Below are positions 1 to 10,992 of a stretch of DNA of 64,000 nucleotides, one piece after another (position 1 is the first letter of the stretch; each line of letters starts with the position of its first letter). A model generated the notes under the pieces. That model saw only the letters and a list, made by a program, of their open reading frames with translations. It did not search any database and had not been told where the DNA came from. Location: assembly GCA_035527755.1 (NCBI GenBank), contig DATKZX010000008.1, positions 75,186 through 139,185 of the forward strand. Reading direction: 5' to 3'. This stretch comes from Methanomassiliicoccales archaeon (GTDB lineage Archaea; Thermoplasmatota; Thermoplasmata; Methanomassiliicoccales; UBA472). Both the position numbers and the translations under genes were made by a program.

Positions 1-17
1 TGCATTCCAGGGCGTGA

Positions 18-659
18 TCATCTAACAAGTACATCTTCGATCTTCTCTTTAGAAATGGCGCCATATCGGATGATCTCTACGGTCCCGTCGATAATCTGGA
101 CGATGGTGGATGCCTTCCCTATCTTGCAAGGCCCGCAGTCCACATATGTAGCCACGCTCTCACCTAGGTCGGCTATAGCGGTCTCTACATCGGTCGGATT
201 TGGGTGTGAATGCATGTTCGCACTGGTAGATATGATAGGTCCGAACTCGTCGATCAGACGCAGGGCGAAGGGATGGTCCGGTATCCTGATGCCGACCTCT
301 TGAAATGACGCAGTGATGATATCTGGCAAGATCGGTTTCTTCTTCAACAGAAGGGTAAGGGGTCCAGGCAGGAACGCCTTTGCCAGACGGTGTGCGTTCT
401 CGTCCAGCTCAGCCACCTCTTCGGCCATGGTCATATTGTTGACCGCCAAGGATAATGGCATGTCGAACGGACGTCTCTTGGCAATGAAGACCCTCTTGAC
501 CGCAGTCTCATCGAAAGGATCGGCACCCAAGCCATAGAGCGTCTCGGTGGGATATACCACCAATCGTCCGAATCTGAGCATCGAGAGCACATTCTCTAGG
601 TCATGCTTGGATACGCTGCATTCGGCACATTTTGCATCCTTGCATTTTATTATGTCCAT
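18..659 (-). CDS. YrdC/Sua5-family L-threonylcarbamoyladenylate synthase (t6A pathway), single-domain form
   Basis: 213-aa ORF with YrdC-domain hallmarks (VVYPTETLYGLGADP, PGPLTLLL, IRIPDHP, STSAN). No C-terminal Sua5 domain. Zero-nt gap to the upstream gene. Confidence 0.8.
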   Translation of the reverse strand: MDIIKCKDAKCAECSVSKHDLENVLSMLRFGRLVVYPTETLYGLGADPFDETAVKRVFIAKRRPFDMPLSLAVNNMTMAEEVAELDENAHRLAKAFLPGPLTLLLKKKPILPDIITASFQEVGIRIPDHPFALRLIDEFGPIISTSANMHSHPNPTDVETAIADLGESVATYVDCGPCKIGKASTIVQIIDGTVEIIRYGAISKEKIEDVLVR

Positions 660-1304
660 TCAAGACTCTCCCAAATAATTTAACGCTTCCAAAATGGTTT
701 CACTCGCTCGACTCTGGCAGAAATCGCCATGTCCTGGATATATCTCCTGCGGAATCAACGATAAAAGCTTTTTGACCGAACCCACAAGCTGTTCGAAATT
801 ACCGCTTGGCAGGTCCCACCGTCCGACCCCTCCTACGAAGACCGTGTCGCCGGATATCAGTATAGCTTTTTCTTTTTCCCAGAGGCAGATTCCTCCAGCA
901 GTATGGCCAGGGGTGGAAAGAACCTCGAACTCTGAACTACCAGTGCTTAGAAGTTCTCCACCGTGAAGTTCTGTGACCTCTACCGGTTTCCCGGCCACAC
1001 CGAACATCGAGGCAAGGGTTTGTTGGCCATCGCCCTCCCTGATGGGGCAGGCGTCTTCGGAATGCACTAGTACTTCAGCGCCCAGCTCATCGGCCAAATC
1101 GGCAGCACCACCTGTATGGTCGTAATGGCGGTGCGTCAGGACAATTCGTCTTACTTTGTTCTGCTGAACAGTGTAGGACAACCATTTCATTACGTCTCGA
1201 TGGTGCATGCCGGTGCCGGTGTCTACGAGGATAGGATCCTCACCGGTTAGAAGATAGATATTGGAATCGAAGTCCATCCCAGCTAGGCATCGGACAACCA
1301 TCAA
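660..1304 (-). CDS. MBL-fold metallo-hydrolase (glyoxalase II-like)
   Basis: 214-aa ORF with the HxHxDH motif (LTHRHYDHTGG) and downstream metal ligands (TPGHTAGG, SGDTVF, YPGHG). Confidence 0.8.
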   Translation of the reverse strand: MMVVRCLAGMDFDSNIYLLTGEDPILVDTGTGMHHRDVMKWLSYTVQQNKVRRIVLTHRHYDHTGGAADLADELGAEVLVHSEDACPIREGDGQQTLASMFGVAGKPVEVTELHGGELLSTGSSEFEVLSTPGHTAGGICLWEKEKAILISGDTVFVGGVGRWDLPSGNFEQLVGSVKKLLSLIPQEIYPGHGDFCQSRASETILEALNYLGES

Positions 1305-1421
1305 CTTTCGATAAAAGGTGGTATTATATAAACTTTTGAACGCGTATATTTATTTAAATAATAACCACTGATCGAACAAGTCAATAATAGGTATTAGGAC
1401 CATATTGGGAAAGGGGGCGGG

Positions 1422-2549
1422 ATGAACCTATTAGAGTCCGAAGCGAAGTATCTTTTTCGAAAATACGGGATCTCAACTCCGCACGGTCTGGTCTTTCACG
1501 ACCTAGAAGGGATCGAGGGATCGCTTGCCAATCTGAGATTTCCATTGATGGTTAAGGCCCAGACCAGCCAAGGGGGCCGTGGCAAGGCGGGTGGGATACG
1601 TACCGCCCTGTCGCGAGAGGAAGCCCTCGAATGGAGCGAGCGAATACTGAACATGCAAGTCGCTGGAATGAAGGTTCACGCCGTGCTGCTGGAGGAGATG
1701 ATCGATGCCGCCAAGGAGATGTATCTGGCCATCGCGATAGATCAGATCACTAGATGCCCAGTACTACTTGCTGGATGCGCCGGTGGCATGGACGTTGAAG
1801 GAATGCCGGCAAAAACAATCAAGCGTTGGAGCCTAGATCCCATGGAATCGATGCCCTTTTCAGTCCTAGAACAAGCCTCTCACTTCCTGGTCCGGAATGG
1901 TCCAGGGTCTATGGAGGTACGTTCGACAATAACTTCGATGTGGAGGATTTTTCGTCAGATGGACTGCGAACTGGTTGAGATCAATCCTCTAATGATCACC
2001 GAATCTGGTAAGGCAATAGCAGCAGACGCCAAAGTGTCTATCGATGATGAGGCGCTGTTCAGACATCCAAATATGGCCGTCAAAGCGAGTCGCGATTTTA
2101 CGGAACTGGAGAGACTAGCTAAGGATAAAGGCTTTCAATTAGTGGAGCTCCCGGGGGACATTGGCGTTCTAGCTAATGGTGCAGGGTTGACCATGGCGGT
2201 ATTGGACACACTGCAGCGATTTGGGGGGCATGGCGGGACGTTCCTCGATCTAGGCGGGACCGATGATCCCGCAAGGATATCTGAGGCCTTGGGTCTTCTA
2301 TCATATGATCTCGCCCGCGGAAGGATACGTTCCATCTTAGTATGCATCTTCGGCGGCATTACCAAGTGCGATAGCGTGGCCGAGGCTCTAATGATGACCG
2401 TTATCGATAGGAACGTCAAGGCTAGGACCGTGGTCCGCTTGCGCGGCAACAACGAGGAGGACGCGGTAAAAATTCTTTGTTTAGCCGGTTTCAACGTGCA
2501 ACTGGATCTAGAAGAAGCCTGTATGCAATCGGTGAAGGTGAAAGGATGA
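1422..2549 (+). CDS. sucC: succinyl-CoA synthetase beta subunit (ATP-grasp)
   Basis: 375-aa ORF colinear with SucC (MNLLESEAKYLFRKYGI..., MVKAQ..GGRGKAGGI). ATGA stop/start overlap with the alpha-subunit gene. AT-rich TATA-like sequences at 1320-1360. Confidence 0.8.
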   Translation: MNLLESEAKYLFRKYGISTPHGLVFHDLEGIEGSLANLRFPLMVKAQTSQGGRGKAGGIRTALSREEALEWSERILNMQVAGMKVHAVLLEEMIDAAKEMYLAIAIDQITRCPVLLAGCAGGMDVEGMPAKTIKRWSLDPMESMPFSVLEQASHFLVRNGPGSMEVRSTITSMWRIFRQMDCELVEINPLMITESGKAIAADAKVSIDDEALFRHPNMAVKASRDFTELERLAKDKGFQLVELPGDIGVLANGAGLTMAVLDTLQRFGGHGGTFLDLGGTDDPARISEALGLLSYDLARGRIRSILVCIFGGITKCDSVAEALMMTVIDRNVKARTVVRLRGNNEEDAVKILCLAGFNVQLDLEEACMQSVKVKG

Positions 2550-3424
2550 ATGGTTCGGCCCTGTTGAACGCGCACAAGATAATAGTGCAAGGGATCACTG
2601 GTCAGCAGGGTTTTCATCACACACAACAGATGTTGGAATATGGCACCGATGTTGTTGCCGGGGTCACTCCTGGAAAAGGGGGAAGGTCAGTTAATGGGGT
2701 CCCGGTGTTCAATTCCGTAGCCAAGGCAATAAAAAGTACCGAGGCGACAGCTAGTGTAGTTTTTGTTCCTTCCACTCATCTCAAGGAAGCGGTCGTGGAG
2801 GGGATCGAGGCCGGTCTGGAGGCCATGGTGGTGATCACGGAAAGATCACCAATTCACGATTCAATGGATTTCTTGGCCTTGGCCAGGCGGCATAATGTGG
2901 CTATTCTGGGTCCGAATTGCCCAGGGTTATGCCTGGTTGGAAAAAGTAAGGTCGGCATCATGCCCAACAGAATCTTCCTGAGCGGAGGCCTTGCGATCAT
3001 CTCTCGAAGTGGCACTTTAACATATGAGGTCGTGCAAGCATTGAGCAATGCTGGACTGGGTCAGGATGTGGTCATGGGGTTGGGAGGCGACCGGCTCCTG
3101 GGAACCGATATGAAGGAAGCGGTGGAGATGGTATTGGAGAGAAACCCGGTCGGGATCGTAATGATCGGAGAGATAGGTGGGCAGATGGAAGAAGAGGCAT
3201 CAATATTGGTTAAAAAGCTTGGTGCTAGTAACATCTTCGCTTACGTTGCCGGTGTTTCTGCCCCACCCTCGCAACGAATGGGCCACGCGGGGGCCATAAT
3301 CACCCATGGAAAAGGGTCCGCCAGGGATAAGATCAAGGTGCTGGAGGAATCCGGAGTTGTCGTTGGAAGGTCGATCGGTGAACTAGTGAACTTGATCTCA
3401 AAATGGTCTTTTATCAAGGGTTGA
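2546..3424 (+). CDS. sucD: succinyl-CoA synthetase alpha subunit
   Basis: Start moved to ATG 2546 (MNGSALL...), which overlaps the sucC TGA. CoA-binding GITGQQG and phosphohistidine loop QRMGHAGAI are present. Confidence 0.85.
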   Translation: MNGSALLNAHKIIVQGITGQQGFHHTQQMLEYGTDVVAGVTPGKGGRSVNGVPVFNSVAKAIKSTEATASVVFVPSTHLKEAVVEGIEAGLEAMVVITERSPIHDSMDFLALARRHNVAILGPNCPGLCLVGKSKVGIMPNRIFLSGGLAIISRSGTLTYEVVQALSNAGLGQDVVMGLGGDRLLGTDMKEAVEMVLERNPVGIVMIGEIGGQMEEEASILVKKLGASNIFAYVAGVSAPPSQRMGHAGAIITHGKGSARDKIKVLEESGVVVGRSIGELVNLISKWSFIKG

Positions 3425-3430
3425 GCTTTG

Positions 3431-3448
3431 AATATACATATAATATAG
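3431..3448 (+). promoter_or_regulatory. candidate TATA region for the 23S transcription unit
   Basis: AATATACATATAATATAG lies directly after the sucD stop and about 350 nt upstream of the 23S 5' end. Other TATA-like runs also exist in the leader (e.g. 3543-3554). Confidence 0.3.
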
Positions 3449-3750
3449 CAGAGATTTAGCAAACCTTATGAGTAAGCATACTCTAATAATAGAATAACGG
3501 TGAGAGAAATGGTAGCCACCTAATACTGGCTGCAATAAGAAACCGTTATATAATGGAAGTGTGGTAGGCGGTTTCACTCGCGAAGTAGGCGAGTTTGAAG
3601 CATATCCGTACACAGGGTAATGCTTAAATACACCCTCAATTATTGGGGGACTCACCACGTTTCAGCCATGTGCTGAAATGACGTGATTGTGTTCATGCAC
3701 CCGGTAAGTAATTCTTATCGGGGAAGCGGAGGAGAACGTTCGGGAAAATT

Positions 3751-3794
3751 GGAAGAGGTCCTAGCGTTCGTTGATACCAATCATACGCAACCTG
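3751..3794 (+). other. 5' arm of the 23S pre-rRNA processing helix
   Basis: GGAAGAGGT (3751-3759) and CATACGCAACCTG (3782-3794) are complementary to 6783-6791 and 6768-6780. Confidence 0.6.
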
Positions 3795-3800
3795 GACGTT

Positions 3801-6761
<2,961 letters not shown>

Positions 6762-6767
6762 GTTAAA

Positions 6768-6791
6768 CGGGTTGCGTGTGTAACCTCTTCC
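6768..6791 (+). other. 3' arm of the 23S pre-rRNA processing helix
   Basis: CGGGTTGCGTGTG (6768-6780) and ACCTCTTCC (6783-6791) pair with 3782-3794 (13 bp, two G-U) and 3751-3759 (9 bp). Confidence 0.6.
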
Positions 6792-6828
6792 AATAAAATT
6801 TCTTATTTCTAATAGGATCAGGTGGAAA

Positions 6829-6977
6829 TCGTTGCGTTTTAGTATTGTAATATTTTTATCAGCGTGAGCTTTGTGAAAATATCAAATATATTATCAATAT
6901 TTATGATCAAGATCACGTAGAAGATGGTTGCGTATTTTAGATGATAATATTGAGCAGCGAAAGCTCTAAAAAATCTT
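6829..6977. repeat. imperfect direct repeat, two copies of about 50 bp
   Basis: Copy A starts about 6831 (GTTGCGTTTTAGTATTGTAATATT...CAGCGTGAGCT). Copy B starts about 6927 (GTTGCGTATTTTAGATGATAATATT..CAGCGAAAGCT). Both begin with the GTTGCGT core (the full GGTTGCGT octamer only in copy B) also found in the processing-helix 3' arm. Confidence 0.35.
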
Positions 6978-6987
6978 ATGAAGTTCA

Positions 6988-7395
6988 TCAATAGGAGAAG
7001 ATGGTGTTGGTGGCAGTAGGAAATTTATCTCTTATCTCCTTGAGATGCGGGTAGAAAATGCGCATCTCATCCTCCTTCTCCGGCTCCCGATCAATGAACT
7101 TGGATAGTACTTTTACCTCGATCTTACCTATTATCTTCCAGTAACCATCACCATAGGTGGGGTCGGTCATAAGAAAAATGGGTAATTTTAATCGGGAAAG
7201 ATCATCCTCGTCTAAAAACCTGGCCAACAATTCAAGCTCGGTTCTCTTGATGTGATAGGTATGGCCGTCCTTTCCCTGATAAATTGGATCTTTCTCCTCA
7301 AGCAATACTGCCAAGGACCTTCGTTTAGTGGGCACGTGCTGGTTCATATTGATGAACATTCGCTGCATCGCCCGCTCGTTGAATATGTCGCTCAT
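6988..7395 (-). CDS. UPF0216 / DUF61 family archaeal protein
   Basis: 135-aa ORF matching the family pattern: VPTKRRSL..LL.E..P....KDGHTYHIKRTELELL, LKLPIFL, GKIEVKVL, FPTATNTIF. Confidence 0.75.
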   Translation of the reverse strand: MSDIFNERAMQRMFINMNQHVPTKRRSLAVLLEEKDPIYQGKDGHTYHIKRTELELLARFLDEDDLSRLKLPIFLMTDPTYGDGYWKIIGKIEVKVLSKFIDREPEKEDEMRIFYPHLKEIRDKFPTATNTIFSY

Positions 7396-7530
7396 TCTGT
7401 ACTTTCTTTCTATCCACTGGCTGAAATATACAATTTTTGTAGCAGGGCCAAATCCCGGGACAATCTATAATAACGATATGCTGGATATTCAAAAGCTGAT
7501 GTATGGATTGCGTAGGATCGAGGTGTTTAC

Positions 7531-8808
7531 ATGAGCGAAATGTCATTGCATGTGAAAGAGATGCTTGGCAGCCATCCCTGTTACAATGAAAAAGCCCACA
7601 AGACCTTTGCCAGAATGCACCTCCCGATAGCTCCCCGGTGTAATATCCAGTGTAATTACTGTAACCGAAAATATGATTGCATGAACGAATCGCGTCCCGG
7701 GGTCACAAGCGAGATACTTTCTCCGGAGGAAGCAATTCTTAAGATCAGATTGGTCAAGGAAAAGATCCCTAGTTTGAGCGTCATTGGAATCGCCGGTCCG
7801 GGCGACCCGCTAGCTAACGAAGAGACCTTCACCACCTTGGAGATGGTCAAGAAGGAGTTCCCTGAGCTGACATTGTGCCTTAGCACCAACGGACTAAATC
7901 TCCCCAAATCGGTGGAGAGATTGAAGAAACTGGGAGTAAAGTTCGTGACCGTCACCATCAACGCCGTGGATCTGGACGTGGGAGAAAAGATATACGATTT
8001 CGTCATCTGGGATGGCAAAGTTCTACGAGGCCGAGAGGCAGCGGAGAGATTGTTGGCCAATCAGCTCGAAGGTATCAAGATGTGCACCGATGCGGGCATA
8101 CTAGTTAAGGCCAACATCGTCATGGTGCCCACCATCAACGCCGATCACATACCCGAGGTGGCCAAGAAGGTGAAGGAACTGGGGGCTTACATCGTTAACA
8201 TAATTCCACTCATCCCAGTGCCTGGAACCAAATTCGAGAAGATGCCTGCTCCGACACCAGAGCAACGCAAGAGTTTACAGGACCTGTGCGAGGTCGACAT
8301 TCGTCAGATGAGGCATTGTCGGTTTTGCCGGGCAGATGCCATCGGGCTATTGGACCAGGACCGTTCGGCGGAGTTTGCCCACATCACATGTGGCGCCAGG
8401 GAGTCACCGGAGGGTGGACCCGTAGGCATCCAGATGGAAGGACGCACCAAGTACAGGGTGGCCGTGGCCTCCTCGAACGGTATTGACGTGGACCTGCATT
8501 TCGGTCATACGAAGGAGTTCCGCCTTTATGATGTGGAAGAAGGCAAGATAACGTCGGCTGGAACGGTTCTCACTGACCCCTTTTTAGATGAATCGATGTT
8601 CGGTGAGAAGCACCGCACCAAGATAGAACGGATGGTCTCCATGCTCTCAGGCGCTGACATCGTGGTGACATCGGGTTTCGGGGAGCGGGCCGAGGTGGAG
8701 ATCATGGCCAGGGGAATGCACCCCTATCGAAAAGAAGGGCCGATCGACGAGGCCATACGATGCGCGGTTTCCGATCTTTTCGAGCAAAGGGCAAAAGTGT
8801 TCGAGTGA
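7531..8808 (+). CDS. nifB: NifB radical-SAM cofactor-maturation protein with C-terminal NifX/NifB-type domain
   Basis: Diagnostic N-terminus HPCYNEKAHKTFARMHLPIAPRCNIQCNYCNRKYDCMNESRPGV, then TVTINAVD and CRFCRADAIG. The C-terminal roughly 120 aa (YRVAVASSNG..HFGHTKEF..) resemble the dinitrogenase FeMo-cofactor-binding fold. GAGGTG Shine-Dalgarno 7 nt upstream. Confidence 0.85.
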   Translation: MSEMSLHVKEMLGSHPCYNEKAHKTFARMHLPIAPRCNIQCNYCNRKYDCMNESRPGVTSEILSPEEAILKIRLVKEKIPSLSVIGIAGPGDPLANEETFTTLEMVKKEFPELTLCLSTNGLNLPKSVERLKKLGVKFVTVTINAVDLDVGEKIYDFVIWDGKVLRGREAAERLLANQLEGIKMCTDAGILVKANIVMVPTINADHIPEVAKKVKELGAYIVNIIPLIPVPGTKFEKMPAPTPEQRKSLQDLCEVDIRQMRHCRFCRADAIGLLDQDRSAEFAHITCGARESPEGGPVGIQMEGRTKYRVAVASSNGIDVDLHFGHTKEFRLYDVEEGKITSAGTVLTDPFLDESMFGEKHRTKIERMVSMLSGADIVVTSGFGERAEVEIMARGMHPYRKEGPIDEAIRCAVSDLFEQRAKVFE

Positions 8809-8812
8809 TGCC

Positions 8813-10390
8813 ATGAAAGCGGCCAGGTTGCTCATCGAATGTCTTGAGGCGGAAGGTGTTTCCAAGATATTCGGTATACCTGGGGAGGAGAACCTGGACA
8901 TCATGGACGAGATCTGTTCCTCCAAGATCGAGTTCGTTCTCACAAGGCACGAGCAGGCCGCGGCGTTCATGGCCGGAACTGTTGGGAGACTGACCGGGAG
9001 ACCAGGCGTTTGCCTAAGTACGCTGGGACCAGGGGCCACCAACCTAGTGACCGGGGTAGCGGACGCGTTTCTTAGCAATTTACCGTTGATCGCACTCGTA
9101 GGGCAAGCTGGTATTGCCAGGAGGCACCCGCCGCATAAACAGGTCCTTGACCTCATGACCATGTTCCAGCCATTGACGAAGAGGTGCATCGATGTCGATC
9201 GTCCCGATAGAACGGCATCGGCGGTTCGTGAGGCGTTCATCATGGCCACAGCCGAAAGGTCGGGGCCGGTGATGTTACAGCTACCGGAGGACGTCATGAA
9301 AATGTCGGTTGGCGTCATCCCCGAGGTCCAGGTGAACCACTTTTTGCCACCTGGGGAATTGAGCGCCCTTGATAAAATTCGTATCGCTCTGCTTTCATCG
9401 TCCAATCCTTTGGTCATTGTAGGCCACGGCGCCGTTCGCAGCAATGCCGTCGAAGAGGTGCGATCTTTCTGCCGGACCTGGAACCTGCCCACTGCCTGCA
9501 CTTGGATGGCCGCGGGGGTGATGCCGTACGATGACCCGTTGAGCCTGGGGACCATCGGAATGCGCAATAGCGACCTGGTCAAGGACTGTTTCGAACCTGC
9601 TGACCTTGTGCTGTTGGTCGGATATGACGCGACCGAATTTCAGCCTCAGTATTGGAACAAAGGTAAAAAGAAGACGCTGCTGGTCATTGGAGAAGGAGGT
9701 CCGGGGGAGGCCGAAAATTTCCAGATGGATATCACGGCGCTGGGTGATCTCAAGGGAAAGCTCTGTATGTTGCAGGACGGAGCGGTCCCGAAGAGCAATT
9801 GGGCGGAGGGCGTTCGCCTAATACTTCAAAGAGAGACGGAGGTCTTGGAGCAGGGACCCAAGGGTGTGGTCCAAGCATTGAGGAGGCAGCTCGGACGTCG
9901 GGACATCTTGGTGAGCGATGTCGGAGCACACCTTATCTGGCTGGCAAAGTACTATCCAACATATGAGGAGAACACGCTTCTACTGCAGAACGGTTTGATC
10001 TCCATGGGGGTTGCTATACCGTCAGCGATCGCGGTCCGCATGATCCACCCCGAAAGAAAAGTGGTGGCCGCGGTCGGGGACGGTGGCTTCCTGATGTCAT
10101 CGGCAGAGTTGGAAACGGCCAAGCGCATGGGTGTGAACTTTGTAACGGTGATATTCAACGATGGTGGGTTGGGGCTCATCAGGGAGAAGATGCAGCGCGG
10201 TTTTGGCCGAAGCTCCAACGTGGACATGGGCTTTCCTGACATCCCGACCTATGCCCGTTCATTTGGCGCCGAAGGCTATTCCGTAGAGGAAGAAAAATTC
10301 GAAGATGTGCTCCAGGACTGCCTGGAACGAGACGCATTAGCGGTTATCGATGTGAAGGTCGATTATTCCCACAACTGCCGACTGTTCTGA
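8813..10390 (+). CDS. thiamine-diphosphate enzyme, acetolactate synthase large-subunit (IlvB) homologue
   Basis: 525-aa ORF. N-terminal Pyr domain (AARLLIECLEAEGVSKIFGIPGEENL). C-terminal ThDP motif (GDGGFLMSSAELETAKRMGVNFVTVIFNDGG). No small-subunit gene adjacent. Starts 4 nt after the nifB stop. Confidence 0.75.
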   Translation: MKAARLLIECLEAEGVSKIFGIPGEENLDIMDEICSSKIEFVLTRHEQAAAFMAGTVGRLTGRPGVCLSTLGPGATNLVTGVADAFLSNLPLIALVGQAGIARRHPPHKQVLDLMTMFQPLTKRCIDVDRPDRTASAVREAFIMATAERSGPVMLQLPEDVMKMSVGVIPEVQVNHFLPPGELSALDKIRIALLSSSNPLVIVGHGAVRSNAVEEVRSFCRTWNLPTACTWMAAGVMPYDDPLSLGTIGMRNSDLVKDCFEPADLVLLVGYDATEFQPQYWNKGKKKTLLVIGEGGPGEAENFQMDITALGDLKGKLCMLQDGAVPKSNWAEGVRLILQRETEVLEQGPKGVVQALRRQLGRRDILVSDVGAHLIWLAKYYPTYEENTLLLQNGLISMGVAIPSAIAVRMIHPERKVVAAVGDGGFLMSSAELETAKRMGVNFVTVIFNDGGLGLIREKMQRGFGRSSNVDMGFPDIPTYARSFGAEGYSVEEEKFEDVLQDCLERDALAVIDVKVDYSHNCRLF

Positions 10391-10438
10391 TGACCATTGA
10401 TTATATATCCGGCATTGCGTCGATCTTATGGGAATAAA

Positions 10439-10915
10439 ATGGCGATAAAAAAGGCCACTTTTGCCGCGGGTTGTTTCTGGGGGGTCGAGGCCAAATACCA
10501 GAAAGTGAAAGGGGTGCTGCAGACCGAGGTCGGTTATATGGGTGGGCGTACCGAGTCGCCCACATACCGCGATGTCTGTACCGACAGGACCGGACACGCC
10601 GAGGTTGTTCAGGTCACGTTCGACGATTCCGTGGTAAACTACCAGGAGCTACTGGACATATTCTGGCGCTGCCACGACCCAACCCAGAAGAACCGTCAAG
10701 GGCCAGATGTGGGGAACCAGTACCGAACCGCTATCTTCTATCACGATGAGGAGCAGAGAAAGAAAGCTGAGGCCTCTAAATCAGATTTGGACGGATCACA
10801 GATGTTCCCTCGTCCGATCGCTACGGTCCTGGAGAAGGCCGGGACATTCTGGCGTGCCGAGGAATATCACCAGAAGTACTTCCAAAAGAAAGGACTGGAT
10901 TCTTGCCACATATGA
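10439..10915 (+). CDS. msrA: peptide-methionine (S)-S-oxide reductase
   Basis: Start moved to ATG 10439 (MAIKKATFAAGCFWGVE...). GCFWG active-site motif and conserved C-terminal EYHQKYF. Confidence 0.9.
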   Translation: MAIKKATFAAGCFWGVEAKYQKVKGVLQTEVGYMGGRTESPTYRDVCTDRTGHAEVVQVTFDDSVVNYQELLDIFWRCHDPTQKNRQGPDVGNQYRTAIFYHDEEQRKKAEASKSDLDGSQMFPRPIATVLEKAGTFWRAEEYHQKYFQKKGLDSCHI

Positions 10916-10992
10916 GCGCGGAGTATATTTGGCGTACCATTTCCTGTTGTAAATAACAATATTCTTATAACGACTTTCGAATAACGCCAGTC

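Noticed and set aside
8647-9582. 311-aa minus-strand ORF (plus 8702-8950) antisense to the nifB 3' end and the ThDP-enzyme gene
   Set aside because: Shadow ORF of a GC-rich coding region. Ser/Pro/Arg/Thr-rich with no recognisable motif, while the plus strand has unambiguous homology.
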